DNA of 64,000 nt from an uncultured Holophagales bacterium (GTDB lineage Bacteria; Acidobacteriota; Thermoanaerobaculia; Multivoradales; UBA5704). This document shows positions 1-10,078 of the stretch, one piece after another. The stretch lies in contig CAWJGT010000003.1 of NCBI GenBank assembly GCA_963842525.1, positions 704,001-768,000 of the forward strand, written 5' to 3'. The notes under the pieces are model-generated. The model was not told the DNA's origin. It ran no database searches and was given only the letters and a program-made list of their open reading frames with translations. Numbering within the stretch: position 1 is the first letter of the stretch; every line of letters begins with the position of its first letter. The translations under genes were made by a program, and so were the position numbers.

Positions 1-256
1 AGGCAGCGGCCGGGGGAACCCCCCCAGGTACTCCCACCGCTTCTCGGGACTGGCGAGGGCTGCGGATCTCCTTCAGTCGCGGATCGGTTTTTTCCTCTTT
101 GGCGGTGGTGACATCTTTGATCTTCGCCAGGGCGAGTTCGGCCTCGTCGAGGCTGGTCGCCAGGTTCTCGAACGCCGATGCCGCTGACGAGTTCTCCGCA
201 CAACCCCTCGATCGCGTTCGCCTGACAGTCGCGCATCATCGATCCCTGCCGCGGAA

Positions 257-1515
257 TCAAGGTGAGTTTGCGCTCGCGCAAGGCGCTCTCGATCGATGCT
301 TTGGCCTCTTCGCACGTTTTCGCGAACCAGCGATGGGAACGAGGCAGCGGTCCGTCGGATAGGGTCCGCAGAACTGCGTCGGCAGTCGATTCTCGTCGCA
401 GATCGGTGCCGAGCGCGGGCTGGCGGCGAGAAACGCCACCGGGTCGAGATTGGGGGCGAAGGGCCCGGGAGGTTTCGACAAGAGATAGAACGGAACATCG
501 AAGGGCAAGGACTCGGTGATCCTGCCCCGCTGGAGGTTGATCTCCACCACCGTGCCAGGATCCCAGCCCTCCCACTCATTGTCTTTCCCGATCACGACAG
601 GCACCACGATCCCGGCCAATCCAATGAGCGCAATCAAAGCCAAGATGAGGATCTTCGGATTCTGATACCACCTCCCGGGTGGCGCGTAGAGATGGCCGTC
701 CGGGGTGCGCATGAAGACCACCGGTGTTGCCCATTCGAAGCCTTCCGGGTCCATCGAATGCACCGCCTGCCGCGCTTCGGTGACCGCGAGATCCACCGGG
801 TCACCGGCCACCAGCCCGCGATAGAACGTCCGACTGAAGACGATCGCCGCCTGATCGGAGATCGGCGTCCGCATTGCGGCCACGGCGGGCAGCCCTCCCA
901 GCACCAGGGATGCCGCGACTCCCGCAAAAAGGCCGGCTCCTCCCGTACTTCCCGAATCACAGCGCGTTGAGCACGGCGAGACGCAGGGACGGGATGTCCG
1001 CAAGCTTGTTAGCCAGATCCTCACCCCGGATCGGGTCGCCACCTCGGTCCGGGCGCTCGAACCAGAGGAGGCTCCCTTCGGCCGCCGCGAAGTCGCCATG
1101 GCCCATGAAAGGGAGGATGTGGCACTCCCTCTCGAGCAGGGCGGGACCGCCAGATATCGGACGAAGAGGCGACGCCGGCTGAGCGCCAGGAATTCCGGGG
1201 TGCCCGGCTGCCGCATGAGCCCCAGGGCAGATCCTGCAAGGGAGCGACTTGGGGCTCACGCGGGTCGATCATCAGCTTGATCCGCAAACCGAGATCCGGC
1301 TGGCCCTCGATCTGGTCCAGACAACGCTCGTAAAGGCGCAGAACCTCGCCGGAAAAGAGGGCCTCGAAGAGCTCTTCGCCGATCCCCCGGTGGGCTTCCA
1401 GTCGCCCTCCCTCCTTGTGCACAGTTAGATGCCGCCAGCCGGCGATAGCCTCCGAAAGGCCGGCGCGCTGCCTCGTGGCGACATCGAACGGCAGCCCGAA
1501 ATCCAGGTAGGTCAT
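257..1515 (-). pseudogene. CHAT (caspase-like) domain protein with a downstream TM segment; frameshifted, may extend beyond the window edge
   Basis: Pieces in three frames: IGEELFEALFSGEV..LRIKLMID..LQDLPW (1021..1593), HILPFMGHG..LRLAVLNA (957..1259), CDSG..GVAASLVLGGLPAVAAMRTPISDQAAIVFSRTFY..WATPVVF (257..1216). His and Cys motif regions are typical of CHAT domains. Confidence 0.75.
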
Positions 1516-1620
1516 GAGCGCGGGCGCGGAAGCGCGCCCTTCAGGTAAGACACCACCTGGAGATGACCGGGTGAGGAAACCGGAGCACGGCAAGGCCGGT
1601 TCGGGACCCTAGATCCGTCA

Positions 1621-1660
1621 TGTCATCTTGAGCGTAGCAAAGGATCTGGGGGCAGGGAGG
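1621..1660. repeat. Dispersed REP-like element, copy 1 (TGTCATC/TTGAGCG..AAGGATCTGGGGG type)
   Basis: Near-identical to 29000..29039. Confidence 0.7.
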
Positions 1661-1667
1661 TTGCACG

Positions 1668-2045
1668 CCGCGGGACCATTGCGCGGCCCCGCGGGAAATG
1701 TCCACGGTCCTGCGGTGAACCTTGCCGCTGCCGCGGGACCACTGGGAGCCACTGCAGGGAATGTCCATGGTCCCGTGGTGAACCTTGCTGTGTCCTGCGG
1801 GACCACTGGGAGCCACTGCGGGGAATGTCCATGGTCCCGTGGTGAACCACCGCCGGTACGGTGGAACCTTGCCGCTGTCGCGGGACCACTGGGAGCCACT
1901 GCGGGGAATGTCCACGGTCCCGTGGTGACGGCCACCGTCGGTGCGGTGAAACCTGCCGGTCCCGCGGGACCACTGCGAGTCACCGGGAACGTCCATGGTC
2001 CCGTGGTGGAAACCTGCCGGTCCGCGGGACCGCTGCGAGTCCCTA
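1668..2045. repeat. Degenerate tandem array of about 6 palindromic units
   Basis: Unit core GCGGGACCACTGGGAGCCACTGCGGGGAATGTCCATGGTCCCGTGGTGAACC starts near 1670, 1733, 1797, 1880, 1964 and 2024 (partial); GGGACCA/TGGTCCC is self-complementary. Confidence 0.85.
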
Positions 2046-2055
2046 CTTTAGGGAC

Positions 2056-3798
2056 CTACGGCAGCTCGATCTCCCAGGTCTCCTTCCGCACGTTCCCCAC
2101 CAGGTCGGCTACCTCGAGATCCAGGGCGATCCTCCGGCCGTCCCGCCTGGACCGGAAGGTGAGATAGAAGATGCGGGCACCGGAGTCCTCGGGGAGGATA
2201 CGCAGCATCTGGCCGGCCCCCAGGACGACATTGCGTCCGCCGGCCGAGAGCCGGGCTCCCGGCGCATGGAGGTAGAGCCGCGGCAGGTCGGCCTCGATCC
2301 GGAGGGCTTCGACCGGCAGGTCCGTCCAGCGCACCCCGCCCGACACGCTGATCGGGCCGGACTGGCCGCGTTTTCCCTTGGGGTTGCGGTACCCTCCAAA
2401 GGGTTGGTAGTCGCCGAGGTCCCAGCGCAGGTCCGGGGGTGTGTCATCCAAGGTCACCCGGATGGGTGCGAATGTCCCCCGGTTGCCGCAACGGTCGACG
2501 GCCACGGCGCCGATCTCCAGCGGCCCGGCGGGGAGCCGCGCGATCGGCCCTGCGGCCTCCTGCCCCTGGACGACCGGCAGCCAGAGGGCCACGCCGCTCC
2601 CGGCGTCGGCCGCCGCCAGCTCGGGCCGGACGTCCGGGCCGGCGAAGAGGACGTCCCCCAGCAGGACCTGCGGACCGGCGAGCGAGAGGGTGCCGGCCGG
2701 CGGCTCGAGGTCGGCCTGCTGCGAGGTGACCGCGAGCTTCGCCGGCTCGCCCGGATAGCCGTCGAGCCCCGAGCGGCTGCGGGCCGTGGCGCGCCAGAAC
2801 AGCTCGCCGGCGGGCAGCGACGAGGGCCGCCACGAGGTGCCGGAGAGCGCGGTCACGCGCTCCACCAGGGCGCCGCAGGCGGGGTCGCGGCAGACCTCCA
2901 CGGTGTAGGAGACCGCGTCCGCGACCGGCTGCCAGGTGAGGACCGGGTTCGAGCATGCCACCTCGGCCCCGGGCGCCGGCGCGAGCGGTTGCGGAGCGGC
3001 GAGCAGCTTCTCGGGCGGTGCAGGCGGGCCCGAGGCCGCCACCGCGGTGCCCATCCCTTCGGGCACCCGGACCTTCGTGCCTCCCGCCTCGACCTCGCCC
3101 TCGCCGCCGTAGATCATGATCCGGGCGCCGCCCTCTTCGGCCTTGCGGGCGCGGCTGCGGGCCTTACCGGCGGCATCCGGCCGCGCTGTCGTGCGGCTCC
3201 CGCCGAGCACGATCTCGACCTCGGGCCGACGCCCGGCCCGACCCGCCTGGGGCAGGACCTCGAGGTCCGCCTGTCCCTCGACGATCTCCACCGACTTGCG
3301 CTCGACACCGCGCAGCGCGCCCTGGACCTTCTGCAGGAAGACCAGCGAGTCTTCGGTCACCCGCAGGAGGGTACCGTCGAGGAACTCCATCTCGGCGGAC
3401 GACCTGGGGTAGGTCCGCAGCCCGTCGCGCTCCACCAGGAGGTCGCCGAGCTGCGCAGCGGACCATGGGATCGGCCGGGGCAGCGCCTCGACCTTGCGCG
3501 ACAGCCGCGAGAGCTGGGCCGCGGAGGAAGGGCCGCGGGGGACGAAGATGTGGATCCGCTGCCCCGGCACGAGCCGGTTCGGATCGCGGATCTCCGGGTT
3601 CAGCCGTGCGAACGCGGGCCAGAGCCTCTCGGCGCCGAGGTACGACTTCGCGAGCCCCTCGAGGGTGTCGCCTGGACGCACGATGTGCGATCCCGGCTCG
3701 GTGCCCTCGGGCACCTGGGCTGGTGCGGGCCCGGCGCGGAGAGCGCAGAGGATGGCGAGGATCAATCCGGAGGCTGAGCGGCGGCCAATTCGGGGCAT
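2056..3798 (-). CDS. Secreted LysM + FecR-domain protein with FN3-like/Ig-like C-terminus
   Basis: Signal peptide; LysM motif HIVRPGDTLEGLAK..NPEIRDPNRLVPGQRI; FecR-like DGLRTYPRSSAEMEFLDGTLLRVTEDS; AGGAG RBS upstream of ATG 3798. Confidence 0.85.
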   Translation of the reverse strand: MPRIGRRSASGLILAILCALRAGPAPAQVPEGTEPGSHIVRPGDTLEGLAKSYLGAERLWPAFARLNPEIRDPNRLVPGQRIHIFVPRGPSSAAQLSRLSRKVEALPRPIPWSAAQLGDLLVERDGLRTYPRSSAEMEFLDGTLLRVTEDSLVFLQKVQGALRGVERKSVEIVEGQADLEVLPQAGRAGRRPEVEIVLGGSRTTARPDAAGKARSRARKAEEGGARIMIYGGEGEVEAGGTKVRVPEGMGTAVAASGPPAPPEKLLAAPQPLAPAPGAEVACSNPVLTWQPVADAVSYTVEVCRDPACGALVERVTALSGTSWRPSSLPAGELFWRATARSRSGLDGYPGEPAKLAVTSQQADLEPPAGTLSLAGPQVLLGDVLFAGPDVRPELAAADAGSGVALWLPVVQGQEAAGPIARLPAGPLEIGAVAVDRCGNRGTFAPIRVTLDDTPPDLRWDLGDYQPFGGYRNPKGKRGQSGPISVSGGVRWTDLPVEALRIEADLPRLYLHAPGARLSAGGRNVVLGAGQMLRILPEDSGARIFYLTFRSRRDGRRIALDLEVADLVGNVRKETWEIELP

Positions 3799-3927
3799 CG
3801 GTTCTCTCCTTGTCCCAACATTCTGCACCGGATGACCTTAGGCGCGCCATCACGTTGACGCCCCGCCGCTTTCCGGGCAGACTGCGGGGCCTGTGCCGCG
3901 GCTGCGGACGCGGGGAGGCGTAGCGCG

Positions 3928-5067
3928 ATGAAGAAGATCCTGGTGGTGGACGACGAGCCCGCGGTGCTCTTCGCCCTCTCGGAAGCCCTCACCGACAAGC
4001 GGCGCGGTCTCAAGGTGGTCACCGCCCGCGACGGCCGGGAGGCGATGGCAATCCTGGACTCCGACCGCATCCACCTGGTGGTTACGGACCTGCGGATGCC
4101 CGAGGTGGACGGCTTCGAGCTGCTCGCCCACCTGCGCCGCACGCGGCCCGAGCTGCCGGTGATCGTCATGACGGCGCTCGGCTCGGCCGAGACCTCCGGC
4201 CGGCTCGAGCCGGAGGGCGTGCTGGAATGCCTCAGCAAGCCGTTCGACATCGCCGTCCTGCAGCAGAAGATCCACGAAAAGCTGGCGCAGCGGGTCACCG
4301 GCCGCGTCGAGAACATCAGCCTCGCCTCGTTCCTCCAGCTCCTGGAGATGGAGCGCAAGACCTGCACGCTGAGCATCACCGCGGCCGAGCGCAGCGGCCG
4401 GCTCTACTTCCGGAGCGGCAAGCTGGTCGGCGCCGAGACCGCCGACCTCGCGGCCTCGGAGGCGGCCCTGGAGGTCGTCACCTGGGAGCACGCGGACATC
4501 GAGATCTCGGAGGCCTGCCCCGTGGAGGGACCGCCCCTGCCAGGCGGCCTGCCGTTCCTCCTCCTCGAGGCGATGCGGCTCAAGGACGAACGGTTGCGGG
4601 CCGGCGGGGCCGACGACGAGGCCGAGATCGACGCCCTGCTCTTCGCGCCGATCCCCGCCGCGGTGGCGCCGCCCGCGGCCCATCCCTCCGATCCTTCCGG
4701 GCAGGTCCGCGAGGCCCTCGACCGGGGGAGGGGGATCGAAGGGGCCCTCGCCACCCTGCTCGCCTCGACCGCGGGCACCGTCCTGGCCGCCGCCATCGGT
4801 ACGAAGTCGGTGGACCTGGAGGGGGCCGCCGCGGCCGCCGCGGCGCTACTGCGCCGCAAGGAGGAGATCGAGGACAGACTGGGCCGGCGCGAAACGGTCG
4901 AGGAGCTGCTGCTCGCCACGGCCCGGCGCTGGTACCTGGTGCGCCCCGTCGGCGCGGCGGAGGACCGGTTCCTGCTGCTGATCCTCGACCGCCGGAAGGC
5001 CGACCTCGCCCTCGCCCAGGCCGAGCTGGCCGCCATTGCCCGCGACCTGTTGGAGCCGGAGCGGTGA
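3928..5067 (+). CDS. Response regulator: REC + DUF4388-like + Roadblock/LC7-like domains
   Basis: ILVVDDE..VVTDLRMPEVDG..KPF receiver; GRVENISLASFLQLLEMERKTCTL..GRLYFRSGKLV; C-terminal EELLLAT..YLVRPV..FLLLILDR..ADLALA. Confidence 0.85.
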   Translation: MKKILVVDDEPAVLFALSEALTDKRRGLKVVTARDGREAMAILDSDRIHLVVTDLRMPEVDGFELLAHLRRTRPELPVIVMTALGSAETSGRLEPEGVLECLSKPFDIAVLQQKIHEKLAQRVTGRVENISLASFLQLLEMERKTCTLSITAAERSGRLYFRSGKLVGAETADLAASEAALEVVTWEHADIEISEACPVEGPPLPGGLPFLLLEAMRLKDERLRAGGADDEAEIDALLFAPIPAAVAPPAAHPSDPSGQVREALDRGRGIEGALATLLASTAGTVLAAAIGTKSVDLEGAAAAAAALLRRKEEIEDRLGRRETVEELLLATARRWYLVRPVGAAEDRFLLLILDRRKADLALAQAELAAIARDLLEPER

Positions 5068-5073
5068 ACGGAC

Positions 5074-5102
5074 AAAAAAAGAGGGACGGTCACTCCGTCC
5101 CT
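5074..5102 (-). terminator. Rho-independent terminator (minus strand)
   Basis: Minus strand reads AGGGACGG-AGTGA-CCGTCCCT-C-TTTTTTT. Confidence 0.8.
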
Positions 5103-5141
5103 GAGGAGGCGCCGCCATTGAGGCGGTCGTTGTCGCCAACC
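5074..5141 (-). ncRNA. Candidate sigma54-dependent small RNA (~68 nt, three hairpins)
   Basis: Lies between a sigma54 consensus promoter and a minus-strand intrinsic terminator; hairpins GUUG-GCGA-CAAC, CCGCC-UCAAU-GGCGG and the terminator stem. Confidence 0.6.
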
Positions 5142-5151
5142 AAGTGTCTTT

Positions 5152-5167
5152 CGCAAGGCGGATGCCA
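5152..5167 (-). promoter_or_regulatory. Sigma54 (-24/-12) promoter
   Basis: Minus strand TGGCATCCGCCTTGCG: GG-N10-GC with TGGCA and TTGC matching the RpoN consensus; divergent from a sigma54 activator gene. Confidence 0.7.
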
Positions 5168-5309
5168 GCCCCGCCGCCGCCGAAGAAATTTCGGCAAGCC
5201 GTTCTGATTCAGAGAGTTGCGAGACGCGGCGCGAATTCGAGGCCGGCGGGAATGGTCCGGCCTTCGGGTACGTTTGCCATAATGTCGAGGTGAAAAGACC
5301 ATAGAGATC

Positions 5310-6836
<1,527 letters not shown>

Positions 6837-6840
6837 GGCC

Positions 6841-8325
6841 CTACTCCTTCGCGGCGAGGATCCGGGATTCGCGTCGCGCCCGGAGGTCGCGGAGCGCGCG
6901 GAGCATGTCCGCCTCCCGGTCGCGGATTCCCAGCTTGCGGAATTTCTCCAGGGCCTGCTCGTAGGCCTCCTCGGCGGAGGCGAGATTGCCGGCGTGCCGG
7001 TCGATGTCGGCGAGGCCCGCGAGGCCGTTCGCGATGCCCTCTTCGTCTCCCATCTCGCTAGAGATCTCAAGGGCTGCCCGGTACGCGGCGCGGGCGTTGT
7101 CGAGATGGCCCCGCGCGAGCTCCAGCCTGCCGATCTCGCCCTGCAGTGCGGCGATCTTGCGCCCATCGCCCTCGCCTTCGCTGCACTTTGCATCCAGGGC
7201 CTGCCTGTAGCCCTCCAGCGCCCGCGGCAGGTCGCCCGCCAGCTCCGCGAGCTGTGCCGTCTTCATGAGCGCCTGCGATGTACCCTGCGCCTCGGTCCGC
7301 GGTCCGACTTCGACGCGCGGGTACACGAGGGCGAGGGCGCCGGCGAGGACGAAGAGCAGGAGCGCGGCCACGCTGGTCCACCGCGTGGACCGCCCCCACC
7401 ACAGCGTCTCCGGCTCCCGTGACGGGGCGTCCGGGGTCCCCCCTTCCAGCGCGCGGACGATCTCGCCGAGGTCCGTGAAGCGACCCGCCGGCTCGCGTTC
7501 CAGGCAACGCAGGATGACCGACTCCCAGGCCGGATCGAGCTCGGGAACCAGCGCGCGGGGTGCGGGCGGGTCCTCCTGAAGGCGTTTGAGGGCGGTGTAG
7601 AAGGCGCTCTTGCCGAGGAACGGCAGCTCGCCCGTGACCATCTCGTAGAGGACCACGCCCAGCGCGTAGACGTCGGCTGCCGGGGTCGCCTTTTCGCCGC
7701 GCACCTGCTCGGGAGCCATGTACGCGGGCGATCCGATCAGCTCGCCGGTCGCGGTGAGGGTCTCCGACGAGCCCTCCTCCTGCTCCAGGTTCCAGGCGAA
7801 GCCGAAATCGGTGACCACCGCGCGCGCCCCTCCCGAGCCCGCGGTGCCGACCAGGAACACGTTCGAGCTCTTGAGGTCCCGATGGACGATCCCGGCGGCG
7901 TGGGCGGCCGCGAGGGCCGCGACGATCTGCCGCACGATGGGCAGCGCCTCGGCCGGGGTCAGCCGGCACCGGTGGGCCAGCCGCTCCTCCAGCGTCTCGC
8001 CGCGGAGGAGCTCCAGGGTCAGGAACACCCGGGTCCCCCGCGGGTCGCGGTGGTGGACCAGATCGTAGGTGCGGCAGAGGCTCGGGTGGCTCACCCGCCG
8101 CGCGAGCTGGATCTCCTGCTGGAACCGGCGCAGGATCCGCTCGTCGTCCGTGATGTCGGGGCGCAGGACCTTGACCGCGATCCGCTTGCCGAGCTCCAGG
8201 TCCTCCGCCTCGTACACCTCGCCCACCGAGCCCTGCCCCAGGCACGAGACGATCCTGTAGCGTTCGGCCAGGACCTCGCCGTCACAGAGTGTCGGAGGCG
8301 GCGGTTCCACGGGTGGGGTGACCAT
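6841..8325 (-). CDS. Membrane Ser/Thr protein kinase with C-terminal TPRs
   Basis: LGQGSVGEVY, AVK, HRDLKSSN, DFG, YMAPE, DVYALG; one TM helix; TPR-like repeats. Confidence 0.93.
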   Translation of the reverse strand: MVTPPVEPPPPTLCDGEVLAERYRIVSCLGQGSVGEVYEAEDLELGKRIAVKVLRPDITDDERILRRFQQEIQLARRVSHPSLCRTYDLVHHRDPRGTRVFLTLELLRGETLEERLAHRCRLTPAEALPIVRQIVAALAAAHAAGIVHRDLKSSNVFLVGTAGSGGARAVVTDFGFAWNLEQEEGSSETLTATGELIGSPAYMAPEQVRGEKATPAADVYALGVVLYEMVTGELPFLGKSAFYTALKRLQEDPPAPRALVPELDPAWESVILRCLEREPAGRFTDLGEIVRALEGGTPDAPSREPETLWWGRSTRWTSVAALLLFVLAGALALVYPRVEVGPRTEAQGTSQALMKTAQLAELAGDLPRALEGYRQALDAKCSEGEGDGRKIAALQGEIGRLELARGHLDNARAAYRAALEISSEMGDEEGIANGLAGLADIDRHAGNLASAEEAYEQALEKFRKLGIRDREADMLRALRDLRARRESRILAAKE

Positions 8326-8542
8326 AGAGCTATTGTACCGCGTTCATCCCTGCATTCCCTGCTACGAGATGGTTCAGAAGGCAGAGAAATAGGATGGAAA
8401 TGAATCAGAAATGAGTCAGAAAAGAATTCACTTCGAAATGCTGGCAGACTGCGCCCGCAGTTTGAAATAGCGATCCATCGATATTTCGTTCTCTCCGCTT
8501 GCGGGCTCGTGAAGACGCCTCCAGGACACTTCCGTTTCAGAG

Positions 8543-10078
8543 ATGACCGAGCACACGGACATTCCGCTCTCCTACGGCCAGCGCGCCCTCTGGTTCGTCC
8601 AGCGGCTGGCGCCGGATGCGACCGCCTACAACGTGAGCCTGCCGGCGCGGGCCCGCGGCCTCGACACTGCCGCTTTCCGCACGGCGTGGCAGGCGCTGAC
8701 TGACCGCCACCCGGCCCTGCGCACGACCTTCCCCGCTCCGGCCGGGCAGGCAGTCGGGAGGGTCTTTCCGCGCCTGGAGGTCGACTTTGCGGAGGAGGAT
8801 GCCTCGGGCTGGAGCGCGGCGACGGTCGAGCAACGGCTCGGGGACGAGGCGCACCGCCCGTTCGACCTCCAGCAGGCACCGGCCCTGCGCCTGCGGATCT
8901 TCCACCTCGCCGGAGGGGAAACCCTGTCGCTCCTCTCCCTGCATCATCTGCGCATCGATCTCTCGTCGCTCGCCGTCCTGGTCGACGAGCTCGGGGCCGC
9001 CTATGCAGCGGCGCTCGCAGGAGCACCTCTCGTGCTGCCGGCCCCCCCGGCCCCTCCGGGACCTTCCGCGACCTATGAGGAGTTCGTCCACTGGCAGGCG
9101 GAGACGCTCGCCGGAGCCCCCGGCGAGGAGCTGTGGTCCTTCTGGCGTGGGCGCCTGGCCGGGTCGCCTCCCGCGCTCGCGCTGCCGGCGGACCGTCCCC
9201 GGCCGCGCGTTCAGACCTTCCGCGGCGGCGCGCGGGAGGTCGTTTTGGGACCAGGGCTGACCCGGCCGCTCAAGGCGCTGGCCGCGTCCGAGGGGGTGAG
9301 CCTGAGCACGCTCCTCCTCGCCGCGTTCCAGGCCCTCCTGCACCGCTATAGCGGGCAGCAGGACGTCCTGGTCGGCTGCCCGGTCCCGGGTCGCGGGCTG
9401 CCTGATTTCCGGGACGTCGTGGGTTACTTCGTCAATACCGTCGTGGTCCGCGGTGACTTCGCGGGCCGGCCCGGGTTCCGCGAGGTGCTGCGGCGCGTAC
9501 ATCGCCGGGTGGAGGAGGCCCTGGAGCACCAGGACTATCCGTTCCCGCTGCTCGTCGAGCGCCTGCGTCCGCCGCGGGACCCGGGGTGTCCGCCGCTGTT
9601 CCAGGTTCTGTACGCGCTCTACCAGGGCGAAGAGGAGCGGGTGAGCCGGCTCCTCATGGGACAGGCGGGCGACGCGCTGGACCTCGGTGGCGGCCTCGTG
9701 CTCGAGCCCTGGCCGCTGCCCGGCCGGTCGGCGATGCTCGACCTGGCGCTGCTGATGAGCGACGCGGGGGACCGGATCGCGGCGAGCTTCCAGTACAATG
9801 CGGACCTCTTCGAGGCCGCTACGGTCGCCCGCCTGGCGAGCGACTTCGAGGCGGTGCTGGCGGCCGTCCTGGACGATCCCGACCGGGCGGTCGCGAGCCT
9901 GCCGGCCTCGTTGGGCGAGGCGTGCCGGAGCGCCCCGCCGCAGTCACCGCAATTACCGCAGGTCCCGCCGCCGCCCGCGTTCCCCGCCGAAAGGGCCGAC
10001 GAGAGGGCCGAGACCCGTCGCGCTCTTCTCGAGCGCCAGAAGCGCGCGCGCAGCGCCGTATCCAGGAGCCGTCCATGA
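8543..10078 (+). CDS. Stand-alone NRPS condensation-domain protein
   Basis: PLSYGQRALWF, RHPALRTTF, HHLRIDLSS active-site variant, GYFVNT, HQDYPF; no A or PCP domain; ATGA overlap with the next gene. Confidence 0.88.
   Translation: MTEHTDIPLSYGQRALWFVQRLAPDATAYNVSLPARARGLDTAAFRTAWQALTDRHPALRTTFPAPAGQAVGRVFPRLEVDFAEEDASGWSAATVEQRLGDEAHRPFDLQQAPALRLRIFHLAGGETLSLLSLHHLRIDLSSLAVLVDELGAAYAAALAGAPLVLPAPPAPPGPSATYEEFVHWQAETLAGAPGEELWSFWRGRLAGSPPALALPADRPRPRVQTFRGGAREVVLGPGLTRPLKALAASEGVSLSTLLLAAFQALLHRYSGQQDVLVGCPVPGRGLPDFRDVVGYFVNTVVVRGDFAGRPGFREVLRRVHRRVEEALEHQDYPFPLLVERLRPPRDPGCPPLFQVLYALYQGEEERVSRLLMGQAGDALDLGGGLVLEPWPLPGRSAMLDLALLMSDAGDRIAASFQYNADLFEAATVARLASDFEAVLAAVLDDPDRAVASLPASLGEACRSAPPQSPQLPQVPPPPAFPAERADERAETRRALLERQKRARSAVSRSRP

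Noticed and set aside
1668-2045. CRISPR array
   Set aside because: The inter-repeat segments resemble each other rather than being unique spacers, the repeat core is long and degenerate, and there are no cas genes in the window.
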